A program made the position numbers and the translations under genes. 64,000 nt of DNA, taken from positions 1 to 64,000 of the IMG/VR virus record IMGVR_UViG_2773857766_000004, one strand, 5' to 3'. Below are positions 9,301-18,058 of the stretch, in pieces; the stretch's first letter is position 1, and every line of letters starts with the position of its first letter. The notes below the pieces were generated by a model, which ran no database searches, was not told the DNA's origin, and was given only the letters and a program-made list of their open reading frames with translations. The stretch is from a virus. Its lineage: Duplodnaviria > Caudoviricetes.

Positions 9301-11853
9301 AGCAATGATGGCGCTGATGATCGGTCGCAACACCAGCGTGTTGAACATGTTCTTCAACGTGTCACGCAGGTTCTCGGCGAAACCCTTTCCGCTCTCGAAG
9401 CCGCGCAGCAGCGCGTCCGTCAGCGACTTGTTGATCTCGTCCGCAGTGCGGTCCCAGTCCTGCTGAATGACCTTCGACACGGCCGCCTCGCCCTCGATGC
9501 GCTTGGCCTGCTCGATGGTGTCTCGCGCGCGCCGCTTGGCAGCCCGCTGATCGTCGTCAGCGTCGGGCATCTTGTCGACGGCTGCCAGCTCCTTTGCGAA
9601 CTTCAGCTCCACCTGGCGGAGGGCGATGATCTTCTCCCGCTCCAGGCGGGTGAGCCCGGCCAGCTTGGCCTCGTCCTCATAGATCCGCGCCTGCTCCTGC
9701 GCCGAGCGCAGCAGGTCGTCCGCGTGCGACTGCATCTTCAGCCCCGCGATTTGGTCCTCTGCCGCGCCCAGGCGGCGGATGGCCGCGATCTCGTCATTGA
9801 TCTGGTCGATACGCTGCTGCGACTGCGAGAGCCCCTGCAGGACGGCCTTCTGCTCGTTCAGGCGGTCCACGGTAAGGGCCCGCAGCTCGGTGGAGGACCT
9901 GCCGTACACCGAGGCCTCGTCTTCCAGCGCCTGCGCGCGGGCGTTGATCTTGGCGATGTCGTCCGCAATGCGCACGTTCTCCCGATCCCGCTGCTCCTCG
10001 AACTTGCGCTGGTTGCGCGCCACCTCCAGCACGTGCTCCGAAGCGTTCAGCTTCTCCAGCAGTGCCTGCGCTTCGGCCCGGTGGGCACCGGTCATCTTGC
10101 GCGAGCCCTCCGCCGTCTCGGCCATCAACTTCACGCGGAGGCGCTCCGCCTCATTGAGCTTGCCCCCAGTTGTGATCTCCAGCTGGTTCTGCTCGATCTT
10201 CGTCCGGACAGCAGCGATTAGGCTCTGGTACGCGCTCAGCTCCGCCTTCGCAGCCGCAGTGCCCTTCTTCGCATACTCCTCACGGATGTTTGCCAGTCGC
10301 TCCTCAATTTCGGCGTTGCTCTTGCCCGCGGCAGCTCCCTCGTTGCGTGCCTGGGTCAGCTCCCGCTCCAACTTCACTTTGTCGGAAAGGTACTTTTCAC
10401 CTGCCTTGTCCCAGACCTGTGTGGCCTGCATCTGTTCTGCGCGCTGACGCCCGGCTTCTGCTGCTGCCTTCTCCGCGTACGCGACGCCCTCCAGCGATGC
10501 AGCTTCGGCGCCCAGAGACGCGAGCCGATCCTTCAGCTGCTGTTGCGCGGCCGGGTTGAGCGTTCCGCGGCCGTTCCCGAAGGCGGCACCGCCCTCGGTG
10601 GATCCGAACCCCCGCCCGGAATCCAGCTGTTTTTCGACCGCCGCGATCTCGTCCTTCACCTGCTTTAGCTTGTCCTGGGTGGTCTGTGCGCGGCCCAGGC
10701 CCAGCATGTTGTCCCAGCCCTTCTTCGCAGCATCCGCGACGGCATTCCAGCCACGCTCCAGGGTGCCCAGGTTCCGATCGATCTCTCCGGCGCGGCCGAT
10801 CAGCGCATCCGTATAGGCCTGCTGTGCCACGCGCGCGGCGTCCGTCGTGCGGCCCTGCTCCTCGAGGCTCTTGATCTGGCGGTACGTGCTCTCCGTGAGG
10901 AAGTTCATCCCATCGTTGAGCTTGAGCACGCCGGCCAGCGGATCACCGCGCAGGGAGGCGAATTGCTCAGCGGTTTTGCTGACGGCTTGGCCGGTGGCGC
11001 GCTCGTACTGGACGGCGGCGAGGCTGGCATCGCGCAGCACGTCGCCAGCCACCTTGCCCGTGCTTGCGATGGCGGTCAGCGACTCGGCGGCCTTGCCCTG
11101 GGTGCCCACTACGCCGCTGATCTCCTGGGCATAACCTTTCAGTTCTCCAGCCGTGGTGCCGGCAGCGTTGCCCGTGAGCGTGAGCGCATTGCGATAGCCC
11201 TCGGCCTCTTTGCGGCCCTGGTAATAGGCCAGCGCCAACACGCCAGCAGCGGCGGCCGCGACGTTCAGCGGATTTACGAGGCTCAGCACGTAGCCGCCAA
11301 GCGCGCGCGCGGCGGCCCCGGCGCCGCCGAACATGTCCCGCAGCTGCCCGCCCTGCTGCAGAAGTACTGTCAGAGGAGCCTGGCCGCCCTGCAACGACAC
11401 GATGATGTCGGTGAACTGCGCCGGCACGCCACGCAGCGCCGCAGCGGTCTGCGCCGCGGACACGCCCATCTTGCCCAAGGACCCGGATGCGACGCGCTGG
11501 GCCTCCTCGGCTTGGCGCAACTGCTCGATGTAGGGCTTGAGCACATCGGTATTCGCGTTGCGCTGCCTGGCCAGAGACTCGAAATAGGATGCGGTGCCCC
11601 GTTCGCCAGCCTGCGCTGCCGCCGTAGCGCGCTCAATGCTGGCGGCGATGGACTTGGTAGCGCCATCCATCTTCTGCGCCGCGGCGGGCGCACCGTCGCC
11701 GATGGCCTGGATGCCCTTGGCGGCCTGCTGGCCGGACTGCTGGACGTCCTGCGCCATCTCGCGCACGTCGCGCTTGATCTCGGCGACGCCCTGTTTCACA
11801 CCCGAGGCGTCCACGCCGAAACTCAACTGGGCTTTTCGTTCTTCGTTGGCCAT
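6346..11853 (-). CDS. Tail tape measure protein (1835 aa)
   Basis: Lambda-type motif PAQFTDIIVSLQGGQAPLTVLLQQGGQLRDMFGG; length; follows tail chaperones. Confidence 0.95.
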   Translation of the reverse strand: MANEERKAQLSFGVDASGVKQGVAEIKRDVREMAQDVQQSGQQAAKGIQAIGDGAPAAAQKMDGATKSIAASIERATAAAQAGERGTASYFESLARQRNANTDVLKPYIEQLRQAEEAQRVASGSLGKMGVSAAQTAAALRGVPAQFTDIIVSLQGGQAPLTVLLQQGGQLRDMFGGAGAAARALGGYVLSLVNPLNVAAAAAGVLALAYYQGRKEAEGYRNALTLTGNAAGTTAGELKGYAQEISGVVGTQGKAAESLTAIASTGKVAGDVLRDASLAAVQYERATGQAVSKTAEQFASLRGDPLAGVLKLNDGMNFLTESTYRQIKSLEEQGRTTDAARVAQQAYTDALIGRAGEIDRNLGTLERGWNAVADAAKKGWDNMLGLGRAQTTQDKLKQVKDEIAAVEKQLDSGRGFGSTEGGAAFGNGRGTLNPAAQQQLKDRLASLGAEAASLEGVAYAEKAAAEAGRQRAEQMQATQVWDKAGEKYLSDKVKLERELTQARNEGAAAGKSNAEIEERLANIREEYAKKGTAAAKAELSAYQSLIAAVRTKIEQNQLEITTGGKLNEAERLRVKLMAETAEGSRKMTGAHRAEAQALLEKLNASEHVLEVARNQRKFEEQRDRENVRIADDIAKINARAQALEDEASVYGRSSTELRALTVDRLNEQKAVLQGLSQSQQRIDQINDEIAAIRRLGAAEDQIAGLKMQSHADDLLRSAQEQARIYEDEAKLAGLTRLEREKIIALRQVELKFAKELAAVDKMPDADDDQRAAKRRARDTIEQAKRIEGEAAVSKVIQQDWDRTADEINKSLTDALLRGFESGKGFAENLRDTLKNMFNTLVLRPIISAIIAPVAGVISGATNALLGGGNGAGGAAQAGLSAYNFVTSGFNVASSVGSRIVNSDLLARYGSEAMQEMLGQFGAGMMNTSSWAAFRGAFEAGGANFAGAIAGSVLNGFSGYGISKLVSGGYQVNKYVNTIGAIASMIPGVGPIAGLISGAVNRLFGRKLKDTGIEGTFGGEAGFEGRSYQYYKGGLFRSSKTKYGELDEEVRKGLADQFSAMKTSIKEMGKVLGLGGEALDKFTARIKVSLQGLSPEDAQKKLQEEFEKLGISMADLILGLPTTIQEAASDRKNLSWPNSDAAAAAPVDPVAQANLEAFKKLQKAGESSLDTITRLATSLAATNGVFETLGHSMYAASLQGGDMADKLVELFGGVDKFTAASADYFQRFYGAGEQRAEARKQIEKQLATVDIKLPDINADDARAQYRKLVEAQDLNTEAGRKAYAVLIQLAGAFDQVAISADTRRGLEERLLAAQGNDRAVIEMRRKQERDALMQLDPALARLVQQIYDLEDATVVADKRVDLYQRLLTAQGKDREALALRRSQEVAALMKLDPELAKLVQRIYDLEDAASAAAQLRQDREKAYGRLQNAATLESERLNAQIQAIDAQRTALGQQRALADESLSLITGVFDLVRSNARELYGQVESTASMQAAAGWAFVERALETARRTSYLPDQAPLQEAIGAARGGLDSRAYATQFEQDRDRLVLAGMLSGLESISGRQKTAAEQQIKLLEDQGKALDLQTETINRQLKAQQEMLDYWRRQIDIANGTFDATVSVASAIDKLATALGKPTTTKPPQGGGSGAVWGGSNPGTVTAPAQPEAKYRRVSYLGTAGIGYEPVIDQALIAKLDGLSGLYHSFDGTGDLIGLLTAIRSAGGTLDDLSILSGYFYSDWVKAAASVGVPAFAVGTNYVPYDTPAIVHKGERIIPAADNRALMAAIDAGQQSGRSERLEGLVAQLVAENRQQAGEILRLNARIAKVLERWDGDGTPPQREEQTA

Positions 11854-11925
11854 GGCGCGTCCAGAAATGCGAAGGCCCCGCGGACATCCGCAGGGCCTGA
11901 TGTTGATGGCCCCGCAGGGCCGGTG

Positions 11926-12246
11926 TCAGGAGCCGCGGCTCCCTTTTGCATGTTCCGCGCGCTCCGCGAAGATCGTGAGCGCTTCGGACTCGATCACCTG
12001 GATGTCGCGGAACCGTTCGTCGTATTCCTCGGCGTCCAGCCCGGCGCGGTCCAGCTCATGGAACAGCACGCCGTAGTCCAGCGCGATCGCGCCGGCCATG
12101 CCCACGCGCCACTGGTTGCAGATGCGAGACCACAGGGCGTATGTGGGCCAGTTCTCCGGCCACACCTCGGTCGTCTTGTCGGCATAGTCGCTCCGCTGGA
12201 GCCCCCAGGCTGCGAGCTCCGCATCGCTCGCCTCGGGCTCGTACAT
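11926..12246 (-). CDS. DUF1799-like tail assembly chaperone, C-terminal part of the gpGT-type frameshift product
   Basis: VWPENWP..QWRVGMAGAIALDY motif; lies in the -1 frame of the upstream chaperone. Confidence 0.85.
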   Translation of the reverse strand: MYEPEASDAELAAWGLQRSDYADKTTEVWPENWPTYALWSRICNQWRVGMAGAIALDYGVLFHELDRAGLDAEEYDERFRDIQVIESEALTIFAERAEHAKGSRGS

Positions 12247-12263
12247 GGCGCGAGCGATGCTGG

Positions 12264-12674
12264 TCAGTTTCCCAGCTTGCCCTCGGTGATCGCCACGCGG
12301 TAGGCATCGACGATCGCCTCGCTCGCAGCGGGCAACTCGTCGGAGAGCTGCTGCAGGGATTCAGCGCTCAGTTCCACGTCGAGGTTCCAGCCGACCAGGA
12401 TCCGCAGCATGTACTCGGCGTTGGTGCCCACCAGCTTGTCGAAGTGGTCGCGCAAGCTCCACGCCTTCTCGGCCGCGCCTTCTTCCGCCGTGGCGGCGGC
12501 CTGGGCGCCCTGCTTTTCAGCCTCTGCCCGGATGCCGTCCACCAGCGCGCCGAACTCCTTGCGCGTGCGGTAGCGGAACGTGCATTCGATGGTGCCCTTC
12601 GTGCCGTCCAGCATCGGGATGGAGACGGTCTGCTTGAAGGTCTCGGGGCGCTTGCCCAGAACGATTTTTGCCAT
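12264..12674 (-). CDS. Tail assembly chaperone (gpG-like)
   Basis: Between the tail tube and TMP genes; ends in G GGA AAC TGA. Confidence 0.85.
   Translation of the reverse strand: MAKIVLGKRPETFKQTVSIPMLDGTKGTIECTFRYRTRKEFGALVDGIRAEAEKQGAQAAATAEEGAAEKAWSLRDHFDKLVGTNAEYMLRILVGWNLDVELSAESLQQLSDELPAASEAIVDAYRVAITEGKLGN
12267..12273 (-). other. -1 programmed ribosomal frameshift heptamer GGGAAAC
   Basis: X XXY YYZ just before the stop; the -1 frame reads GGG AAA CTG ACC AGC ATC GCT CGC GCC ATG into the next ORF. Confidence 0.85.
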
Positions 12675-12772
12675 GGTGTTGTGCTTTCGGAGAAGAGAAA
12701 AAGACCCACGCCGCATACGGTCGGCGGGGCATGAAAAAGGGCCCCGAAGGGCCCTGCGGCAGAAGCGGCGGA

Positions 12773-13426
12773 TCAGGTGGCCGACTGGTAGCGCACCGGG
12801 CGGCCCTGCAGCGAGATGGTGGCGCGCACCTGCATCACCTGGCCCTTGGTCAGCGTGGGCGTCTCGTTGAACGACACGTAGCCGTTGTAGAGGATCACGG
12901 AGCCGTTGGGCAGCGTGATCTTGATGGCGCGGATGGCCCGGGCCTCGCCGGCAGCCTTGAGCGCCTGGTAGCCCGGCAGCGTCGGGTCATCGCCGATGCC
13001 GATCTGGATGGACTGCGCGGCGGTCACGGTGGGCAGCTGGCGCTCGTAGTCCTCTTCCAGGAAGGAGAAGTTCGCGAACTGCTGATCGCCGCCGTTGGTC
13101 GTGAACTCGAGGATCTGCGGGATCTGCGTCCAGGCCAGGATCTCGCGCATGGAGCCGGCCGAGGAGCCCGCGGGGAAGCGGTTCACGTCGGCGGTATCCG
13201 TGCCGGCCACCTCGAGGGAGTTGGCGGCCACGTTGCTGGCCTTGAAAATCCGCTCGCTGATCTTCTGCCAGCCGGTCTTCAGCTCGAAGAACGCGCCGTT
13301 GGCCAGGCCGTGAGCCGTGCTGGTGGCGACGCCCGGCGCCGCGTTGGAGATTGCGGTGATCGCCTTGGCAGGGCCGTAGGCGGTTGCGATGGCGACGGTC
13401 GCGCCGTCGGGGAGAGAGACTGCGAT
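12773..13426 (-). CDS. Major tail (tube) protein with ATC at the expected start codon
   Basis: The frame is open 65 codons upstream of the ORF-track start (AVSLPDGATVAIATAYGPAKAITAISNA); AAGGAA-ctatc-ATC-GCA; in-frame TGA shortly upstream. Confidence 0.8.
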   Translation of the reverse strand: MAVSLPDGATVAIATAYGPAKAITAISNAAPGVATSTAHGLANGAFFELKTGWQKISERIFKASNVAANSLEVAGTDTADVNRFPAGSSAGSMREILAWTQIPQILEFTTNGGDQQFANFSFLEEDYERQLPTVTAAQSIQIGIGDDPTLPGYQALKAAGEARAIRAIKITLPNGSVILYNGYVSFNETPTLTKGQVMQVRATISLQGRPVRYQSAT

Positions 13427-13532
13427 GATAGTTCCTTCCCGCCCGTTGTACGGGCGTCAGATATGCGCCCGCGAGGGCAGTTCTCCCGCGTACGCGGGCG
13501 TTGGTGAAAGCCCGTCAGGGCTCGATCTGCAC

Positions 13533-14036
13533 TCAGGCCGCGAAGCCCGGGTGCAATTTCCTTTTCGCGTCCATGTAGGCGGCGTGTGCCTCTTCCGCCG
13601 TAGCGAACATCCCGATGTGGACGAACTTCTTCGCCACCTGGATCCGTGCCCTGAACTTCCCAGACTGCTTACACAGCGCTGCGCCGAGCAGGCCCGAGCG
13701 ACTGTCCACTCGGGCCTGCCGTTTGTTCTGCGCGTTCACGACAGTCCGCACATCGCGGAGATTGGCGATTCGGTTGTCAGAAGGGTCGCCGTTGATGTGG
13801 TCGATTTCGTGCTGCGGCCACACGCCGTGCACGTGCAGCCAGGCCAGCCGGTGCGCGAGCCACTTCTTTCCGCCCAGGCTCACGACCAGGTAGCCGGCAA
13901 GGTTCCCGTGCCCACGCATGTCGGCGGCGTCACCGATCCGGTGGCACTGCGCCGTGCGCGTCCTTCGCGTGAACCTCCCGGTTTGCGGGTCGTAGTCGAG
14001 CGCTGCACGCACGGCCTCTGCCGTCAGTTCGTTCAT
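13533..14036 (-). CDS. Free-standing HNH homing endonuclease with AP2-like domain
   Basis: LDYDPQTG, AHRLAW, IDHINGDPSDNRIANLR, HIGMFATAEEAHAAY. Confidence 0.9.
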   Translation of the reverse strand: MNELTAEAVRAALDYDPQTGRFTRRTRTAQCHRIGDAADMRGHGNLAGYLVVSLGGKKWLAHRLAWLHVHGVWPQHEIDHINGDPSDNRIANLRDVRTVVNAQNKRQARVDSRSGLLGAALCKQSGKFRARIQVAKKFVHIGMFATAEEAHAAYMDAKRKLHPGFAA

Positions 14037-14103
14037 CGGGTGCTCCAAAAACAAGAAAGCCCGCGCGCGGCGGGCTGGTTGGAGGTTGGCCAGAGGCCGG
14101 AAA

Positions 14104-14460
14104 TCAGGTGCGCGCGCCCCAGACGCTGAAGGTCTGCAGCGCGCCGGTCAGCTCGTCGCCGTCGTCGTAGGCCGCCGAGGGCTCGGCCCGCGGAGAGGCC
14201 TGCAGCGCGGTCGATGCGCACAGCGTGTCCTCGATGCCGCGCAGCAGGTCCAATGCCGCCTTCGGCGTGGTTGCCCAGGCGGTGATCTGGATGTCGGCGT
14301 GGCGAGTGCTGGGCGCCGAGTTGTCCAGGAAGCGGATCGACTCGCCGCCGACGTGCTGCCACACCACGTAGGGCGTGGGCGTGTCGTAGGGCGCGGTCTT
14401 CGGGAACACCCGCGGGCATTGCGTGCGCAGCGCAGCGACCAAGTCTTCTTCCAGGCTCAT
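14104..14460 (-). CDS. Tail terminator-like protein (DUF3168-like)
   Basis: Position; TPTPYVVWQHVGG motif. Confidence 0.75.
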   Translation of the reverse strand: MSLEEDLVAALRTQCPRVFPKTAPYDTPTPYVVWQHVGGESIRFLDNSAPSTRHADIQITAWATTPKAALDLLRGIEDTLCASTALQASPRAEPSAAYDDGDELTGALQTFSVWGART

Positions 14461-14987
14461 GCGCCTCCCTTCTGCGCGACGCGGCGCCGCATCTCCGCCT
14501 CGGCGGCCTTGTAGGCCGCGTCCATTGCCGACGCCGCGCCACGCACGAACGCCTTGCCGGGCACGATCCGCGGCGCGGGCAGCGTCAGGTAGTAGGCGTC
14601 CTTCTGCTCGCGCGTGGCGCGCCGGCCGGGGCGCAGCTTGCCGTCCATGCCTGGGCGAACCACCGGGCCCATGCCGTCCGGGCGGTACACGTAGCGCTGC
14701 AGGTAGCCGTACTCCACCAGGTGCCCATGCGGCGCCTTGCGGTGGTTCCAGCTCACGTCGTAGGTGGCCTTGCCGTCGCCGGACTTGCTGGCGCTGTACG
14801 CCTGGTAAATCGATGCTGCCAGCTTGCCCGTCCGGCGCCCCAGCCCGGCGACGTTGCGCTGGACCTGCTCGTAGAGCACCTGGGCGCCTGCCTGCGCGGC
14901 AGGGCGAACAGCGGCTTCGGCTTCATCGCCCAGTTCGTCCAGGTAGCTCTCCAGGCCGGCAGTGTCGGCATTGATCGTGAAACTCAT
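14457..14987 (-). CDS. HK97 gp10-like neck protein
   Basis: TGKLAASI, HGHLVEYG and AFVR motifs. Confidence 0.8.
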   Translation of the reverse strand: MSFTINADTAGLESYLDELGDEAEAAVRPAAQAGAQVLYEQVQRNVAGLGRRTGKLAASIYQAYSASKSGDGKATYDVSWNHRKAPHGHLVEYGYLQRYVYRPDGMGPVVRPGMDGKLRPGRRATREQKDAYYLTLPAPRIVPGKAFVRGAASAMDAAYKAAEAEMRRRVAQKGGA

Positions 14988-15316
14988 CGGCCCACCTCGC
15001 ACACCAGATCGACGTGCTCGCGGCCCGCGACATCCGGCAGCACTGCCTGCACGTCGTAGACCGTGCCACCGTGGAGCACGCGCATGCCCGCGGCCAGGTC
15101 GGTGCGCCAGCGCACGCGGATGGATACCTTGACGGTGGACGCCTGCGCGTCCGCCTTGATGGCACCGAGGCCGGAGAGGGTCTTGATGCTTGCCCAGGCC
15201 TTGCCGACCTCGACCCAGTTCTCGGCTCCCGGCACCGGAGAGCCCCAGGCGTCGGTCGCCTCGCCGCGGCGCTGGATGGTGATGCGCCGGTTCAGGTCCC
15301 CTGCGTCCAGCGTCAT
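14984..15316 (-). CDS. Head closure protein (SPP1 gp16-like)
   Basis: AGDLNRRITIQ and IRVRWRTDL..GMRV motifs. Confidence 0.9.
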   Translation of the reverse strand: MTLDAGDLNRRITIQRRGEATDAWGSPVPGAENWVEVGKAWASIKTLSGLGAIKADAQASTVKVSIRVRWRTDLAAGMRVLHGGTVYDVQAVLPDVAGREHVDLVCEVGR

Positions 15317-15633
15317 ACGAGCACCTTTCTGCGAAGCGGGGCGAGCAGCGTGGTGATCGGGGCCGGCAGCCGGCCGTCGTCGAACGCCTTCTTCTCGTCT
15401 CCGCTCGGGTAGCGGTAGAGGTAGCCGACCAGCAGCAGCACCGCGGACCGCACGATGGGCCGCACCTCGGCGGCCGCGCCCTCCACCACCGGCAGGAACG
15501 GCGATACGCCGTTCAGGTGGAGCACGACGCGCTCGGACGCCGCGGCCAGCTTTAGCGTCAGGTCGCTGTCCGCGTCCGGGCCGTCGATGCGCAGGTGCTG
15601 CTTCACCTGGTCCAGCGTTGCGAGTGGCGTCAT
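15313..15633 (-). CDS. Head-tail connector (HK97 gp6-like)
   Basis: TLDQVKQHLRID and AVLLLVGYLY motifs. Confidence 0.9.
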   Translation of the reverse strand: MTPLATLDQVKQHLRIDGPDADSDLTLKLAAASERVVLHLNGVSPFLPVVEGAAAEVRPIVRSAVLLLVGYLYRYPSGDEKKAFDDGRLPAPITTLLAPLRRKVLV

Positions 15634-16697
15634 ACCGAAACCCCCTTCGTCCCGTCGCGACCGCGCTTCACGGCCAGGCGCCAACCGTCGCAGCCGGGCT
15701 CGCCCGGGTGACCGCGCGGGCTGTCCTTCTGGGCGATGAAGAACGAGCCGCCCCAGGTCACCCCGTCGCCGGCCTCGTACTCGGCGCCCGCCCTGAACAC
15801 GCCCCGGTCCACCAGCGCGGCGACCTTGACGCTCTTGCGCACCTCGTCGCCACTGGAGGTCTTCGCCACGAGGGTGAATTCGCGGCCGTCCTGCTCGATC
15901 TGCAGGTGCGCGATGCCGTCCACCACGCACTCCCAGCCGTGCAGACCCTTGGTAGCCTCGAAGGCGCGCCACAGGCCGCCGGCATGCCGCGCGTACGTGC
16001 CGCGCGGGTAGGTTTTCTCCAGGTCGATTGCTGGCTGCAGCTCCAGCTGCAGCGCGTCGCGGCCGGGCGCGCCGTCCTTCGGCGGGCCGACGGCGGCCAT
16101 CGCCTTGCTCACCGCCTCGTCGACCATGCGCTGCACCTCGCCGACGGGCACGGACTCGCCGTCCTTCGGGCGCGGGATCTCCGCCACCGCGGCCTGCACC
16201 ATCTCCGCGACCATGGGGGCGACGTCCTCGGGCGCCAAGCTCTTGCCGTCTTGCGGCGCCGGGATCTCCTGCACGGCCTTGGCCACCTGCTCGGCGACCA
16301 TGGGCGCCACATCCTCCGGCGTCACGCTCGTGCCGGGCTCGCCATCCTTCGGCCGGGGGAGCGCCGCCACTGCCTTCGCGACCTCCTCCGCCACCAGCGG
16401 CGCGACGTCATCCAAGGTGACGCTGACGCCGGGTGCCCCGTCCTTCGCGGGCGGCAGCTCGCCCACGGCCTTGGCTACCAGCGCGGCGATCGCCTGCGGG
16501 TCGGCATCCTTGCCATCCTTCGGCGGAGGGATCTCGGCAACGGCGGCCTGTACGCGTTGGTCCAGGTCCTTGGTGACGGTCGCGGGCAGCGCCTTCAGGG
16601 CGTCGTCCATCTCCTGCAGCCGCTTGGTCAGCGGCGCCAGCGTGGCGCGCACGGCCTGGATCACGACGTCGGCCAGGGCTTTCAGGTCGGGTCGCAT
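15630..16697 (-). CDS. Virion protein with six PxxDG helix-loop repeats
   Basis: Repeated AVAEIPxPKDG units; C-terminal GWRLAVKRGRDG; lies between portal and connector genes. Confidence 0.75.
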   Translation of the reverse strand: MRPDLKALADVVIQAVRATLAPLTKRLQEMDDALKALPATVTKDLDQRVQAAVAEIPPPKDGKDADPQAIAALVAKAVGELPPAKDGAPGVSVTLDDVAPLVAEEVAKAVAALPRPKDGEPGTSVTPEDVAPMVAEQVAKAVQEIPAPQDGKSLAPEDVAPMVAEMVQAAVAEIPRPKDGESVPVGEVQRMVDEAVSKAMAAVGPPKDGAPGRDALQLELQPAIDLEKTYPRGTYARHAGGLWRAFEATKGLHGWECVVDGIAHLQIEQDGREFTLVAKTSSGDEVRKSVKVAALVDRGVFRAGAEYEAGDGVTWGGSFFIAQKDSPRGHPGEPGCDGWRLAVKRGRDGTKGVSV

Positions 16698-18058
16698 GCC
16701 AGTTCCTTTTCGATGTACGCGGCGAGGGCCTTGCGGTCCTCCTCGCTGATCTCCTCCGCCTCCGCCGGCGGCGTGGCGTCGGCCGGTGCGGCGCCCGCGC
16801 CCGTGGGCGGCAGCTTGTTGAGTCGCACCTCGTGCAGCGGGAAGTCCTGCTGCTGCATATATACGGTGTCGCCGCCTTCCAGCGGCGGCAGGTTCACGTC
16901 GCGCCGCGCCTCGTTGATCGCCTTGATGCTGCCCTGCACGAGCTTGGACAGCACGTCGGCCTGCGTGGCCGGGTCCATGCGCAGCAGGTTGTCCAGCTCC
17001 AGCTCGGTGCGGTAGCCGGCCGGCAGTGCCAGGCCCTCGTCCAGCGCCAGCTCCATCTCCTCGATGAGCGAGTGCAGCGCGTCGTTGAAGTAGATCTGGT
17101 TCAGGTCGCCTACCTTCTGCCCGGCCGGTATCGGCCCGCCGACCTTGAAGGACGGGACGTGGAAGACCTGCGCCACCATCTCGGACGTCAGGGCGATCTG
17201 CTCCTTCGTCTGGGCGTCCGACGCCTTCATGCGGATGGGCTCGTACTTCAGGCCGTCGCCCACCACCGCGACCTTACCCGCGTTGGGCCCGGTGAAGTTG
17301 TCGTTCCAGTAGGTCGCCAGCGTGCGCGCCGTCTCCGTGTCGATCTCGCCCGGCGCCACCAGCAACCCGCTGGGCTTCGCGCCCTGGTTGAAGAACCGCC
17401 GCGAGTCTCGAAGCATCTCCAGACCGCTCGATGCCGGCAGGCTGGCCGCGAACAGCGGCGAGACGCCCACCAGCGGGTGGAACATGCAGTTCATCCGGTC
17501 GTGGATGATCTCCGACGCCGGAACGTAGACGGTGGCCTGCTGCAGCCCGGAGAGGTTGTCTTGGCCGAGCTGGTAAAAGATCGACCCGTCCGGCGCCACC
17601 AGCGGCTGCACCAGGCCCGGGTCCAGGATGTAGAGCCCAGTCACCACTCCGCGGCCGTCGCGCACCTTCAGCGCGTAGGTGTTGCCCCAGACCAGCTTCG
17701 AGCACACCCACCACTGCTTGAACTGGATCTGGTTCTGGTAGTGGTTGGGCCGGCGCAACACCGGCGAGTATGCAGGGTTCGTGGTCTCGGCCCAGATGCC
17801 GGACGGCTTGAGTTCCATCAGCCGCGTGCGCAGCTTGCCGATGTCGTTGTAGATCAGCGAGACGCACGAGAAGACCGAAGGGTACGACAGCACCGTCTCC
17901 GGCCGCACGTTGATGTCCAGCTGGAAGTAGCCGGGCGGCTGGGCCGGCGTGATGTCGTGCCACCCCCCATCGGAGCGCGGGGGCACCAGCCCGCGCGGCT
18001 GCGCCGTGAACAGCCCCTTTAACAGGGTCGCACGCAACTTGGCTGCGAGACCCGTCAC
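16682..18058 (-). CDS. HK97-family portal protein
   Basis: VFSCVSLI, RPNHYQ, GNTY, EIIHDR, GVSPL and INEARR motifs. Confidence 0.93.
   Translation of the reverse strand: MTGLAAKLRATLLKGLFTAQPRGLVPPRSDGGWHDITPAQPPGYFQLDINVRPETVLSYPSVFSCVSLIYNDIGKLRTRLMELKPSGIWAETTNPAYSPVLRRPNHYQNQIQFKQWWVCSKLVWGNTYALKVRDGRGVVTGLYILDPGLVQPLVAPDGSIFYQLGQDNLSGLQQATVYVPASEIIHDRMNCMFHPLVGVSPLFAASLPASSGLEMLRDSRRFFNQGAKPSGLLVAPGEIDTETARTLATYWNDNFTGPNAGKVAVVGDGLKYEPIRMKASDAQTKEQIALTSEMVAQVFHVPSFKVGGPIPAGQKVGDLNQIYFNDALHSLIEEMELALDEGLALPAGYRTELELDNLLRMDPATQADVLSKLVQGSIKAINEARRDVNLPPLEGGDTVYMQQQDFPLHEVRLNKLPPTGAGAAPADATPPAEAEEISEEDRKALAAYIEKELACDPT

Noticed and set aside
13430-14100. Group I intron carrying the HNH gene
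   Set aside because: Both flanking genes are uninterrupted and the non-coding flanks are too short for a catalytic core; treated as a free-standing endonuclease gene.
16070-16550. CRISPR-like or DNA-level repeat array
   Set aside because: The repeats are degenerate, in frame and explained by protein repeats; no constant repeat-spacer pattern and no cas genes.
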